This document shows, in pieces, positions 23,352 through 32,000 of a DNA stretch of 32,000 nucleotides. Source of the stretch: Psychrobacter cryohalolentis K5 (GTDB lineage: Bacteria > Pseudomonadota > Gammaproteobacteria > Pseudomonadales > Moraxellaceae). The position numbers and the translations under genes were made by a program. A model generated the notes under the pieces. It had not been told where the DNA came from, did no database searches, and saw nothing but the letters and a program-made list of their open reading frames with translations. Numbering within the stretch: the stretch's first letter is position 1; every line of letters begins with the position of its first letter. The stretch lies in the NCBI RefSeq assembly GCF_000013905.1, contig NC_007969.1, positions 2,610,001-2,642,000 on the forward strand, given 5' to 3'.

Positions 23352-24482
23352 ATGTCAGCACTGCTTAATATCACAGAGCCAAATAACAACACTAATAGCA
23401 ATGACAACGATTTTTTAGCATCATTAACAACCGATGCCCCACAAGCCATTGCCAGCAAATACAGTCGCGAGCAAATTGCCCAATTGTTCGATTTGCCATT
23501 GATGGATTTATTATTACAAGCGCAAACCATACATCGTCAGAACTTCAATGCCAATGAAGTACAAATCAGCACCTTGTTGTCTATCAAGACTGGCAACTGC
23601 CCTGAAGATTGCGGCTACTGCTCACAATCCGGTCATCACCGCGATAAAACCAAGCTGGTCGCTGAGAAGCGCATAGAGGTGGACAAGGTGATTGCCGCTG
23701 CCAAGCGCGCAAAAGCTACTGGTTCATCACGATTTTGTATGGGCGCAGCATGGAAGCACCCTAGTGCCAAAGACATGCCTTATGTGGTCGAGCTGGTCAA
23801 AGAAGTCAAAGCCTTAGGGCTTGAGACCTGTATGACTCTAGGTATGCTAGATACTGATCAGGCCGCACAACTGGCAGACGCAGGACTAGATTACTACAAT
23901 CATAATTTGGATACGTCTAGAAGCTACTATGAGCAAGTAGTTAGTACGCGCAGCTACGATGAGCGTCTAGATACCATCACCAACGTACGCAACTCAGGTA
24001 TCAACGTCTGTAGCGGCAATATCGTCGGTATGGGTGAGAGCCGTGATGACCGCATTGACTGGGTGCACGAGCTACTAAAAATGCCTAAAGCACCAGAGTC
24101 TATTCCAGTCAACTTATTGGTACCGATTCAGGGCACGCCAATCGGTGATAAGGTCTTGGCAGAAGGTCAATTGTCAGTGCTTGAGTGGATTCGTACCATT
24201 GCTGTGACACGTATTTGCTGTCCAAGTAGCTATGTACGTTTATCTGCTGGTCGCGAAAGCTTATCTGACGCTGAGCAAGCATTAGCATTTATGGCAGGTG
24301 CCAACTCATTCTTTTATGGTGACAAACTGCTGACCACGGGTAACGCCAGTCAATCAGGCGATGATAGACTCATGCGTGAGCTTGGCTTAACCAAGCAATT
24401 TGCCGCTCCTCGCGCACCAAAGCAAGTGCCTGTCATAGACGCCATGAGCGGTCATCAATCACAAGTTGTTTTGGCTAGCTGA
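23352..24482 (+). CDS. bioB: biotin synthase
   Basis: 376-aa ORF with the radical-SAM [11 protein letters not shown] motif and BioB blocks ([26 protein letters not shown]). Confidence 0.97.
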   Translation: MSALLNITEPNNNTNSNDNDFLASLTTDAPQAIASKYSREQIAQLFDLPLMDLLLQAQTIHRQNFNANEVQISTLLSIKTGNCPEDCGYCSQSGHHRDKTKLVAEKRIEVDKVIAAAKRAKATGSSRFCMGAAWKHPSAKDMPYVVELVKEVKALGLETCMTLGMLDTDQAAQLADAGLDYYNHNLDTSRSYYEQVVSTRSYDERLDTITNVRNSGINVCSGNIVGMGESRDDRIDWVHELLKMPKAPESIPVNLLVPIQGTPIGDKVLAEGQLSVLEWIRTIAVTRICCPSSYVRLSAGRESLSDAEQALAFMAGANSFFYGDKLLTTGNASQSGDDRLMRELGLTKQFAAPRAPKQVPVIDAMSGHQSQVVLAS

Positions 24483-24579
24483 GGCTGAGTAGTTTTGGCT
24501 TAACGCTACCATTATTAGATAATCTGCGCTAAGCTTGCCCGCGTTTATCATTGCTTAAAATAACCAAAGAGACTTCAGC

Positions 24580-25014
24580 ATGGCAGATTATTTTAATTGG
24601 ATTAAAGCGGCACACATTATATCCGTGGTGTGCTGGTTTGCAGCGATTTTCTACTTGCCGCGCCTATTTGTCTATCATGCAATGAGCGATGACAAGATCA
24701 GTCAAGAGCGCTTTACTATCATGGAGCGCAAGCTCTATCGCGGCATCATGACGCCAGCTATGATAGCGACGTGGGCTTTTGGGTTATGGATGGTGTTTTT
24801 GGGTTGGGACGTCTATAAAACCCAAGGCTGGCTACACGTAAAGATCTTTCTAGTTATTCTATTGTCCGCTTATCATGGTGCCTGTGGTTTTTATCGTAAA
24901 AAGCTGGTCGATAATCCACAATATAAGTCGCATGTATTTTGGCGTTGGTTTAATGAAGTACCCGTATTTGCTTTAGTCATTATTGTGATTCTAGTGGTGG
25001 TTAAACCGTTCTAA
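24580..25014 (+). CDS. hemJ: protoporphyrinogen IX oxidase HemJ (UPF0093 family)
   Basis: 144-aa four-TM ORF. WIKAAHIISVVCWFAAIFYLPRLFVYHA and the conserved His/Arg layout match the HemJ family. Confidence 0.85.
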   Translation: MADYFNWIKAAHIISVVCWFAAIFYLPRLFVYHAMSDDKISQERFTIMERKLYRGIMTPAMIATWAFGLWMVFLGWDVYKTQGWLHVKIFLVILLSAYHGACGFYRKKLVDNPQYKSHVFWRWFNEVPVFALVIIVILVVVKPF

Positions 25015-25043
25015 AATTGGCTCTAGTATAGGCAATACTGAAT

Positions 25044-25086
25044 AAAAAAGCGTCCCTCACTTGATGAAGTGAGGGACGCTTTTTTA
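25044..25086. terminator. strong bidirectional rho-independent terminator
   Basis: 12-bp perfect stem agcgtccctcac / gtgagggacgct, flanked by A6 and T6. Confidence 0.88.
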
Positions 25087-25130
25087 TGTTTGAATAACTA
25101 TAGTCAGAGAAAAGTAATATCGATACATCA

Positions 25131-25208
25131 AGTACTGCTGATATTAATTTTTCTTGCTTGCTGTGCCTATGCAGACAGAGGCTGCAAAAAATTTATACCA
25201 GCAGCACT
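25131..25208 (-). repeat. REP/MITE-like palindromic intergenic repeat, copy 4 of 4 (inverted orientation)
   Basis: Arms agtactgctgatattaattttt / aaaaatttataccagcagcact around the core cttgcttgctgtg...cagacagaggctgc. The core is near-identical to copy 1. Confidence 0.75.
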
Positions 25209-25253
25209 GTAGCGTTTTTGAGATATTCTAACTATATATTAAGAAGGTCTATA

Positions 25254-26078
25254 TTAAACGTTCGGGCGCATAATTTGATAGACATTGCTCAAATCATAAA
25301 CACGATAGCGCGCAGGCTCGCGGCGGCTCTCGCCAGCATAGCTTAATATCAGCGCTTGCTTTGCTTGCTCATCAACCCAGCCGACAAACAATCCGCTGTG
25401 CTCGACACCGTTATAACCATGATTGATATAGTAGAGCCAGTCACCAACTTCGATTTCACCACTATTGGCATAAGGACCTTGACCATAGGTACCTTTATGG
25501 ATGGTATCGCGCGTCACCCCGGCTCGTTTGAACACCGCATTCAGATAATCCCAGCAGCCGCCTTGAATAATCGTACGCTCGTTCAGCGCCATTTTACGGG
25601 CAGTGCTAATTACTTCACGGGCAGCCAGACTACTTTGCGTTTCGGCATTGCTGAGTAACGGTAGATACTCGCTATCGACATTATCATAGTTGCCTGATAA
25701 AAATGCCGGCAAAACTGATGATACTTGGCGTTGTACTTCAGGATAACGATAATTAGGTTGGTTGTTGCTAACATAAGCATTTTGGTTAGAGTAGGTTTTA
25801 TTAGCATAGCTACTATTAGAATAACTTGGTTGTGTATTGTCTGTATTCGAACGATAACTATTAGAAGTACCAGCACGTTGGATAGTGGATCGCGTACTGA
25901 TTTTAGCAGCAGGGACAGCGGGGTACGATGGTGTATAGCGGGCGCTATAATCAGTTAGAGAAGATTTTTGAGCAATTAAGCTGCTCATACTATCGGCGTG
26001 AACTTGACCGACTGCACCGAGAGTAAGTAATAATGCACTGCACGACGTTGTGATTGACCAAATGGACAAACGCGACAT
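25254..26078 (-). CDS. secreted protein with N/S/Y-rich low-complexity region and C-terminal papain-fold (transglutaminase/NlpC-P60-like) domain, tentative
   Basis: 274-aa ORF with AAGGAG RBS and a Sec signal peptide ending VHA-D. The candidate catalytic Cys lies in GGCWDYLNAVFKRAGV and the candidate His in GVEHSGLFVGW. Confidence 0.6.
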   Translation of the reverse strand: MSRLSIWSITTSCSALLLTLGAVGQVHADSMSSLIAQKSSLTDYSARYTPSYPAVPAAKISTRSTIQRAGTSNSYRSNTDNTQPSYSNSSYANKTYSNQNAYVSNNQPNYRYPEVQRQVSSVLPAFLSGNYDNVDSEYLPLLSNAETQSSLAAREVISTARKMALNERTIIQGGCWDYLNAVFKRAGVTRDTIHKGTYGQGPYANSGEIEVGDWLYYINHGYNGVEHSGLFVGWVDEQAKQALILSYAGESRREPARYRVYDLSNVYQIMRPNV

Positions 26079-26315
26079 GACTAGCTCCTTGTCAATATAG
26101 TATCAATAACCATAGTAGCGATAACCGTATTCATTATAAGTATGATGAGATTTTTTCAATCTTACTTATAAACCATTTGGACAGGATTCTGCAAGCCTTA
26201 TCACGCTTAAATAAACGATAAAAGGTATAAATATAAGGATAAGCGGTGCACAAACGAGGCAAGATGAGCGGGTTAAAAAACTTTAACATTAAAAAAACCT
26301 TTAATAATAAAGGTC

Positions 26316-26807
26316 TTAATCGCTGCTCATTTTGATATTAACATGACGTTTGGTCAGTGTTTGACCTTGTAGAATGGCTTTGGTAGCAGTGGCTTCTTGG
26401 ATATTATCAAAGCCACTAATACAATATTTACGTCTAGAGTCGCCATCAGTAATCTCTAATTGCTCGCCTACTAGACTTATCATATCGCTGTCAGTTAGCT
26501 GAATAGGCATACGCTTGCCTTGGTTGTCATGTACCAGCTCACCAGCACGCACCCATAAGATGCCGCTACTAATATTACCTGCTGTCGCTTTTTTATGCTG
26601 TTGGCGCTGCCGATTAAAAAAGAAGCTACCGATAATTAGCAGTGCAAGCGCACCAATTGACCATCGTACCGGCAACAGACTCATTGCCAGCGCGACGCAT
26701 ACTGCACCTACCAATAACGCCGCACCAAACCAAAACAGCCCATTGTCTAATGCTTGGGGCTGTCCTTGTAAGGTAATTTTGGCGCCGTCATCAGTCAGCT
26801 TAAGCAT
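26316..26807 (-). CDS. hypothetical membrane protein (two TM helices plus soluble C-terminal domain)
   Basis: 163-aa ORF with an AGGTAA RBS and two adjacent hydrophobic helices (aa ~25-75). It lies 75 nt downstream of rph with no clear terminator between, so it is likely co-transcribed. Confidence 0.6.
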   Translation of the reverse strand: MLKLTDDGAKITLQGQPQALDNGLFWFGAALLVGAVCVALAMSLLPVRWSIGALALLIIGSFFFNRQRQQHKKATAGNISSGILWVRAGELVHDNQGKRMPIQLTDSDMISLVGEQLEITDGDSRRKYCISGFDNIQEATATKAILQGQTLTKRHVNIKMSSD

Positions 26808-26882
26808 GCACGTTTACCTATAGAAAAGCAGTGAAAGTATTATAAAAATATCAATAGTAAGCCGTATTGCGGTCTTATATGA

Positions 26883-27599
26883 CTACCAACCTAAGGCGGT
26901 TTTTTGCATAGCAATCAGCTCAGCGATACCTTTTTCGGCTAGAATAAGCATATCGTCAGCTTGAGCACGAGTAAATGGCTTTTCTTCCGCCGTCCCTTGT
27001 AGCTCAATGAACTCGCCTTTTTGGGTCATCACCACGTTCAAATCCGTATCACAGCTGGCATCTTCTTCGTAGTTTAAATCCAAGTACGCTTTACCATCTT
27101 TCATACCAACAGAAACGGCAGCAACCAAACCAATCAATGGATCCGCTTTTAGTTTCTTAGTTTTTTGGATGCTCTCTAAGGCATCGATAAGGGCAATCGC
27201 GGCACCGGTCACACTAGCAGTACGAGTACCACCATCCGCTTGCAAGACATCACAATCTAAGTAAATGGTATTTTCGCCAAGCTTACTCAAATCAATCATG
27301 GCACGTAAACTACGACCGATTAAACGCTGAATTTCTTGAGTACGACCTGATTGCTTACCGCGAGCCGCTTCACGTTGATTACGAGTATTGGTCGCGCGTG
27401 GCAACATGCCATATTCAGCCGTGATCCAGCCTTTGCCTTTACCTTTGAGCCAACGCGGTACGCCAGACTCTACACTTGCGGTGCACAGTACTTTGGTGTC
27501 GCCAAAGCTGACCAATACTGACCCTTCAGCATGCTTAGTGTAATGGCGCTCAAAGCTGATTGAGCGAAGTTGATTAAGCTCACGGTTGTCAATACGCAT
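26883..27599 (-). CDS. rph: ribonuclease PH
   Basis: 238-aa ORF. R.DGR-like N-terminus ([11 protein letters not shown]), [26 protein letters not shown] and [19 protein letters not shown] are canonical RNase PH blocks. Confidence 0.97.
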   Translation of the reverse strand: MRIDNRELNQLRSISFERHYTKHAEGSVLVSFGDTKVLCTASVESGVPRWLKGKGKGWITAEYGMLPRATNTRNQREAARGKQSGRTQEIQRLIGRSLRAMIDLSKLGENTIYLDCDVLQADGGTRTASVTGAAIALIDALESIQKTKKLKADPLIGLVAAVSVGMKDGKAYLDLNYEEDASCDTDLNVVMTQKGEFIELQGTAEEKPFTRAQADDMLILAEKGIAELIAMQKTALGW

Positions 27600-27765
27600 A
27601 AAATTCCCTAGTACGAAGTTGTAAAAGCAGTGTTATAAAATAAGAGGTTTAGATTTAAATTTATGGTTATGTGGTTAGCCAATCAGTATTTCCAGCAAAT
27701 TTATATATTAAAATAAATGACAGCTGAATGCTCTAGCAGGGCTAAATGTTAGGTTATCCTAACGT

Positions 27766-27812
27766 GACAACGGTGCAATAGCAAGATTCACACAAGCTAT
27801 CGCACCGCTGTC
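27766..27812 (-). terminator. long stem-loop downstream of fadD (terminator or transcript-stabilising hairpin)
   Basis: 17-bp stem. The two imperfect positions become G-U pairs only in the minus-strand RNA. It starts 24 nt after the fadD stop, and there is no strong U tract. Confidence 0.45.
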
Positions 27813-27835
27813 TTGATTAAAAATAGCTGTAAAAG

Positions 27836-29620
27836 TTATTCTAAACCTTCCATCTTACGCAATTCTTTACGCAGGATTTTGCCCACGTTTGATTTTGGTA
27901 ATTCGTCAACGAATTGAATATGACGTGGACGCTTATAGCCGGTCAGTTGTTTTTTGCCAAAATCAAGCAGCTCTTGCTCGGTCACATTGCCTTTTTTGAC
28001 CACATATAGCTTTGGGTCTTCGCCGCGATCATCATTTGGAATCCCGATCGCACCGCACTCTACTATCCCTGGATGCTCGCTCATGGCTTCTTCGATTTCA
28101 TTTGGATAGACATTAAAACCAGAAACCAAAATCATGTCTTTTTTGCGGTCAACAATTTTGATAAAGCCTTTTTCGTCCATAATGCCGATATCGCCTGTTT
28201 TAAGATGGCCACTGGCAGTAAAGCTTTCAGCCGTTTCTTCAGGACGGTTTTGATAGCCAATCATGACTTGTGGACCTTTGACACAGATTTCACCACGCTC
28301 ACCGATAGCTACCATTTTTTCATCGTCGTCAATCAAAATGACATCAGTACTAGGGGCAGGGATACCAATCTTCCCGGTAAATTCAGCAATGGTCATTGGG
28401 TTAAAGGCAACTACTGGTGAGGTTTCAGACAAGCCATAGCCTTCAACGATAGGCAGACCAGTGATTTTCTGCCACTCTTTTGCCACACTTGGTAGTACCG
28501 ACATACCGCCACCGATAGAGGCTTTTAAACTGGAGAAATCCAAATCTGCAAAACTTTCTTTATGTACCAAGCCGTTAAACAAAGTATTTACTGCAGGGAT
28601 AAAGGCCGGTTTGTATTTGCCCATCTCTTTAATCAAACCATCAAGATCACGCGGATTTGGAATCAGCAAACCAGCACAACCTTGGTACATGCTATACATC
28701 CCGCAAACCATAAACGAGAACACATGGTATAGCGGTAGCGCGGTCAAAAGCACATCAGTAGCGTCTATATCCTCTTCAAAAGCGCTGTCCATGAGCGCGC
28801 TAATCTGTAACATATTGGCGATTAAGTTACCATGAGACAGCATCGCACCCTTAGCTACCCCAGTCGTACCACCAGTATATTGCAATAATGCCACATCGCT
28901 TAAGTTCAAATCAGGACGCTGATATTTGCTAGCTGATACGGCACTTAATGCCTGCTTAAAGCTCGTGCTCTCTGGCAAACGATACGCGGGAATCATTTTT
29001 TTGACATGGCGCGCGACCAGATTGACCACGGGTCCTTTGATCGTGCCTAACATATCGCCAATTTTACAGACGATGACATGCTTCACTTGACCCTTATCTT
29101 GCGCATCTTGATAAGTTTTTGCAAAGTTTTCGACGATGAACAATGCTTTGGTGCCACTGTCATGCAGCTGATGCGATAACTCGCGGCTGGTATACAAAGG
29201 ATTGACATTGACCAGTACCATACCTGCGCGAATGATACCCAAAGCCACTACAGGATACTGCAAGATATTGGGCATCATGACACCGACTTTATCACCCTTT
29301 ACGAGCCCTAATGACTGTAAATAACTGGCAATTTGACGACTGTATAAATCCAATTGCTTAAAGGTAATAGAAGCACCCATGCAGATATAGGCAGTTTTCT
29401 GTCCATAACGGCTGAAATTACGCTCGAACACATCAAGTAAAGAGGTACTGTCATCTGGCATCTCAATGGTAGCATTAATGCCATAGCGCTCATAAGCACT
29501 TAACCATGGACTGTCACTCGCTATCGTCGGCATAGTAGGAAACGCGTTCGTTCCAGCCTTTGATTGAGTATTGTTCGCAGCTTTACGGTCTGTCATCTCT
29601 TTATTGATATTATCAGTCAT
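27836..29620 (-). CDS. fadD: long-chain-fatty-acid--CoA ligase (FadD paralogue, downstream copy)
   Basis: 594-aa ORF with AMP-binding motif YTGGTTGVAKGAMLSH, GYGLSETSP, TGDIG and the C-terminal PKSNVGKILRKELR. Confidence 0.92.
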   Translation of the reverse strand: MTDNINKEMTDRKAANNTQSKAGTNAFPTMPTIASDSPWLSAYERYGINATIEMPDDSTSLLDVFERNFSRYGQKTAYICMGASITFKQLDLYSRQIASYLQSLGLVKGDKVGVMMPNILQYPVVALGIIRAGMVLVNVNPLYTSRELSHQLHDSGTKALFIVENFAKTYQDAQDKGQVKHVIVCKIGDMLGTIKGPVVNLVARHVKKMIPAYRLPESTSFKQALSAVSASKYQRPDLNLSDVALLQYTGGTTGVAKGAMLSHGNLIANMLQISALMDSAFEEDIDATDVLLTALPLYHVFSFMVCGMYSMYQGCAGLLIPNPRDLDGLIKEMGKYKPAFIPAVNTLFNGLVHKESFADLDFSSLKASIGGGMSVLPSVAKEWQKITGLPIVEGYGLSETSPVVAFNPMTIAEFTGKIGIPAPSTDVILIDDDEKMVAIGERGEICVKGPQVMIGYQNRPEETAESFTASGHLKTGDIGIMDEKGFIKIVDRKKDMILVSGFNVYPNEIEEAMSEHPGIVECGAIGIPNDDRGEDPKLYVVKKGNVTEQELLDFGKKQLTGYKRPRHIQFVDELPKSNVGKILRKELRKMEGLE

Positions 29621-29980
29621 AATTTTCCTTAAATGTGGCCGTTAAAATATAGAATATGTCTAATTAAATCACCGTGGTCGTTAGTCACTCATTTGCAAAA
29701 TCAAAAACTTGTGAATAAGAAGTCTTTTCGCTCATAAGCAAACAGATCTTATCATTCACAAATCTTTTAAATCAAAATTATCACCTTCACACTCCACTCT
29801 ATTATTTACTATAAAACCGTTAAAGCTAACACGGCTACAGTGCTTTATAGTGATCATGCTGTGAAAGCTCTGGGCTAAAAAATCTACACTTTTATCGTTA
29901 AGTGCAAAAAATATCGATACGGACTATATCAGCTTTATGGAGAATTCTCTATGAATACCACCAAATCATAATAGGAAAAC

Positions 29981-30018
29981 AAAAAAATGATAAGGCCCTA
30001 TATAAGCGACCTTATCAT
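29981..30018 (-). terminator. rho-independent terminator downstream of the upstream fadD paralogue
   Basis: The minus strand reads tgataagg-tcgcttatatagg-gccttatca followed by T7. It lies about 150 nt after the stop at 30165. Confidence 0.6.
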
Positions 30019-30164
30019 CATTGATAACCATCTTTTACAACAATATATCATAGCTATTTTTACTAACTGCCACATCAACTATTAAGCGGTTTTCATCCCT
30101 GCTTCTTACTAATAGATAAAGATGAAAGCAGATAAAAAGCGCTTTGAACTTGATGGTAAATATT

Positions 30165-31892
30165 CTAACCGTGGTTCTTTTCTTCAAGTACACGCAGATC
30201 TTTATGCAAAATCTTACCGACGTTCGATTTTGGCAACTCATCGATGAACTCAACATAACGCGGACGCTTATAACCAGTTAGGTTTTCTTTGCTATAGGCA
30301 AGCACTTCTTCTTTCGTCAAGCTGTCATCACTACGCACCACATAAATCTTCGGTACTTCGCCACTCTTTTCATCTTCGACACCGATGACACCACATTCCA
30401 GAATCTTTGGATGGGCTGACATCACATCTTCTACTTCGTTTGGATACACGTTAAAGCCTGAGACCAAAATCATGTTTTTCTTACGATCAACAATTTTAAA
30501 GTAGCCTTCTTCATCCATTACACCGATATCACCCGTACGGAAATAACCGTCAGACGTCATGACTTCAGCCGTGGCATCATCACGTTTCCAGTAGCCTTTC
30601 ATCACTTGCGGACCACGAACACAAATCTCACCGCGCTCACCAAGATCTACTTCATTGCCTTCTTCATCCAAGATAGCCATGTCAGTCGCTGGCATCGGCA
30701 GACCGATATTGCCTGAGAATTCGCCATTACCTTGTGGGTTTGCAGACGCAACCGGAGAAGTCTCTGACAGACCATAACCTTGTACAATCACGTTACCAGT
30801 AATTTTTTGCCATTTCTCAGCAGTATCTTTTAGAACCGCCATGCCGCCGCCCATAGACATCTCAAGCTTGCTATGATCTAAGGCTTTAAATACCTCACTG
30901 TTCGCCAATGCATTAAACAGGGTATTAACTGCTGGGAAAAATGCAGGTGGGTAATCTTTATAAGCCTTGATTAAGCTTGCACCATCACGTGGATTCGGCA
31001 CCAGTAGACCGATACAGCCGCGATATAAGCCGAACATGCCACAAACGGTAAATGAGAAGATATGATACAGCGGCAATGCCGTCATGATAACGGGTTGCTC
31101 AGCCATACCGTCAAATTTATCGAAAGCATCACCAAGATAGGTATCACACTGAATCAGATTGGCAACTAAGTTGCCATGGGTAAGCATCGCGCCTTTGGCA
31201 ACACCCGTGGTACCACCGGTATATTGCAGAACAGCAATATCATCAAGGCAGATATTATCTGGACGTTTATAATTTTTCGCCGGAAAACGATTCAGTGCCG
31301 TTTTAAAGTTGGTGCTGCTTTTAAGGTTATAATCAGGTACCAGTTTTTTCACATGGCGCACGACCATATTGACAATAAAGCCTTTCAACGGGCTCATCAA
31401 GTCGCCCATCGAGGTTACGACGACATGGTCAACCAAGTCTTTACCAATCTCTTCATAGGTTTTGGCAAAGTTCTCTAAAATAAATAAGGCTTTGGTATCA
31501 GAGTCTGTTAGCTGATGCTCAAGCTCTTTTGAGGTATAAAGCGGATTGACGTTGACCAAGGTCATACCCGCACGCAGCACACCCAATACTGCAACCGGTA
31601 GCTGCAAAATATTTGGCATCATAACGCCGACTTTATCGCCTTTTTTCAGCCCAAGTGACTGCAAGTAGGCAGCAATTTGTTTACTATAGCGATCTAAATC
31701 TTCGTAGGAAAGCTTGACGTCCATACACACAAACGCTGTTTTACCAGCATGTTTAACAAAATTCCGTTCAAATATATCGATTAAAGAAGTATTAGCGGCT
31801 GGCATATCAATATCATATTGAATACCAAGCTTTTCGTAAGTTTTTACCCATACTTTATCGTTACGACGGATCTGGTTACCTTGATTTTCCAT
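30165..31892 (-). CDS. fadD: long-chain-fatty-acid--CoA ligase (FadD paralogue, upstream copy)
   Basis: 575-aa ORF, colinear and highly similar to the 594-aa neighbour (YTGGTTGVAKGAMLTH, GYGLSETSP, PKSNVGKILHKDLR). AGGAGA RBS upstream. Confidence 0.92.
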   Translation of the reverse strand: MENQGNQIRRNDKVWVKTYEKLGIQYDIDMPAANTSLIDIFERNFVKHAGKTAFVCMDVKLSYEDLDRYSKQIAAYLQSLGLKKGDKVGVMMPNILQLPVAVLGVLRAGMTLVNVNPLYTSKELEHQLTDSDTKALFILENFAKTYEEIGKDLVDHVVVTSMGDLMSPLKGFIVNMVVRHVKKLVPDYNLKSSTNFKTALNRFPAKNYKRPDNICLDDIAVLQYTGGTTGVAKGAMLTHGNLVANLIQCDTYLGDAFDKFDGMAEQPVIMTALPLYHIFSFTVCGMFGLYRGCIGLLVPNPRDGASLIKAYKDYPPAFFPAVNTLFNALANSEVFKALDHSKLEMSMGGGMAVLKDTAEKWQKITGNVIVQGYGLSETSPVASANPQGNGEFSGNIGLPMPATDMAILDEEGNEVDLGERGEICVRGPQVMKGYWKRDDATAEVMTSDGYFRTGDIGVMDEEGYFKIVDRKKNMILVSGFNVYPNEVEDVMSAHPKILECGVIGVEDEKSGEVPKIYVVRSDDSLTKEEVLAYSKENLTGYKRPRYVEFIDELPKSNVGKILHKDLRVLEEKNHG

Positions 31893-32000
31893 AATCTTAC
31901 TTCTCCTAATAAATAATGCGCTACTGTAAACCCATAATTATCACAATGTGATAAACGTACAAAAACTCGGTGTGCAAGCTCACCACAGTGATGGCAAGCA

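Noticed and set aside
30035-30256. 73-aa minus-strand ORF overlapping the 3' end of the upstream fadD paralogue.
   Set aside because: It is an alternative frame of the fadD C-terminus extending into the AT-rich spacer. It has no RBS and a noise-like composition.
1-32000. I searched by eye for CRISPR arrays, tRNA/rRNA genes, transposases, integrases/recombinases and toxin-antitoxin pairs.
   Set aside because: I saw no regularly spaced short direct repeats, no cloverleaf-like or rRNA-like segments, and no ORF with recombinase or transposase motifs. The only repeats are the four dispersed REP-like elements, the valS fragment and the 20-bp tandem.

Overview
This looks like a chromosomal window from a moderately AT-rich gammaproteobacterium. 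Gene content and protein sequences resemble Moraxellaceae/Psychrobacter, but that is inference only. I support about 27 protein genes, and nearly all are ordinary core functions. In order they are: a Usp-family protein, a LysR/yeiH divergent pair, a cold-shock protein, YbaN/DUF454, and a TerD-vWA protein with a coupled lipoprotein. Then come valS, an FNT channel, a BASS symporter, two tandem YbjQ paralogues, a UPF0149 protein and a tiny hyper-acidic protein. After those come a YtjB-like membrane protein divergent from serB, DUF368, an SCP2 protein, bioB, hemJ, a secreted papain-fold protein, rph and two tandem fadD paralogues. I recognised no rRNA, tRNA, CRISPR array, transposase or integrase. 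The clear outlier is one very AT-rich 806-aa gene (6051..8471, minus strand) wedged between the TerD-vWA gene and valS. It encodes an N-terminal helical region carrying an R-N-x4-H motif (HEPN-type Rx4-6H), an NB-ARC-like STAND P-loop NTPase, and C-terminal TPR repeats. That effector/STAND/sensor layout resembles Avs/NLR-type antiphage proteins. On its valS side it is bordered by a decayed second copy of the valS 3' end whose differences are mostly synonymous, which I read as an insertion or replacement scar. A palindromic REP/MITE-like repeat of about 75 bp occurs four times, always in gene 3' intergenic regions. All calls come from reading the sequence and ORF translations by eye. No database search was run.
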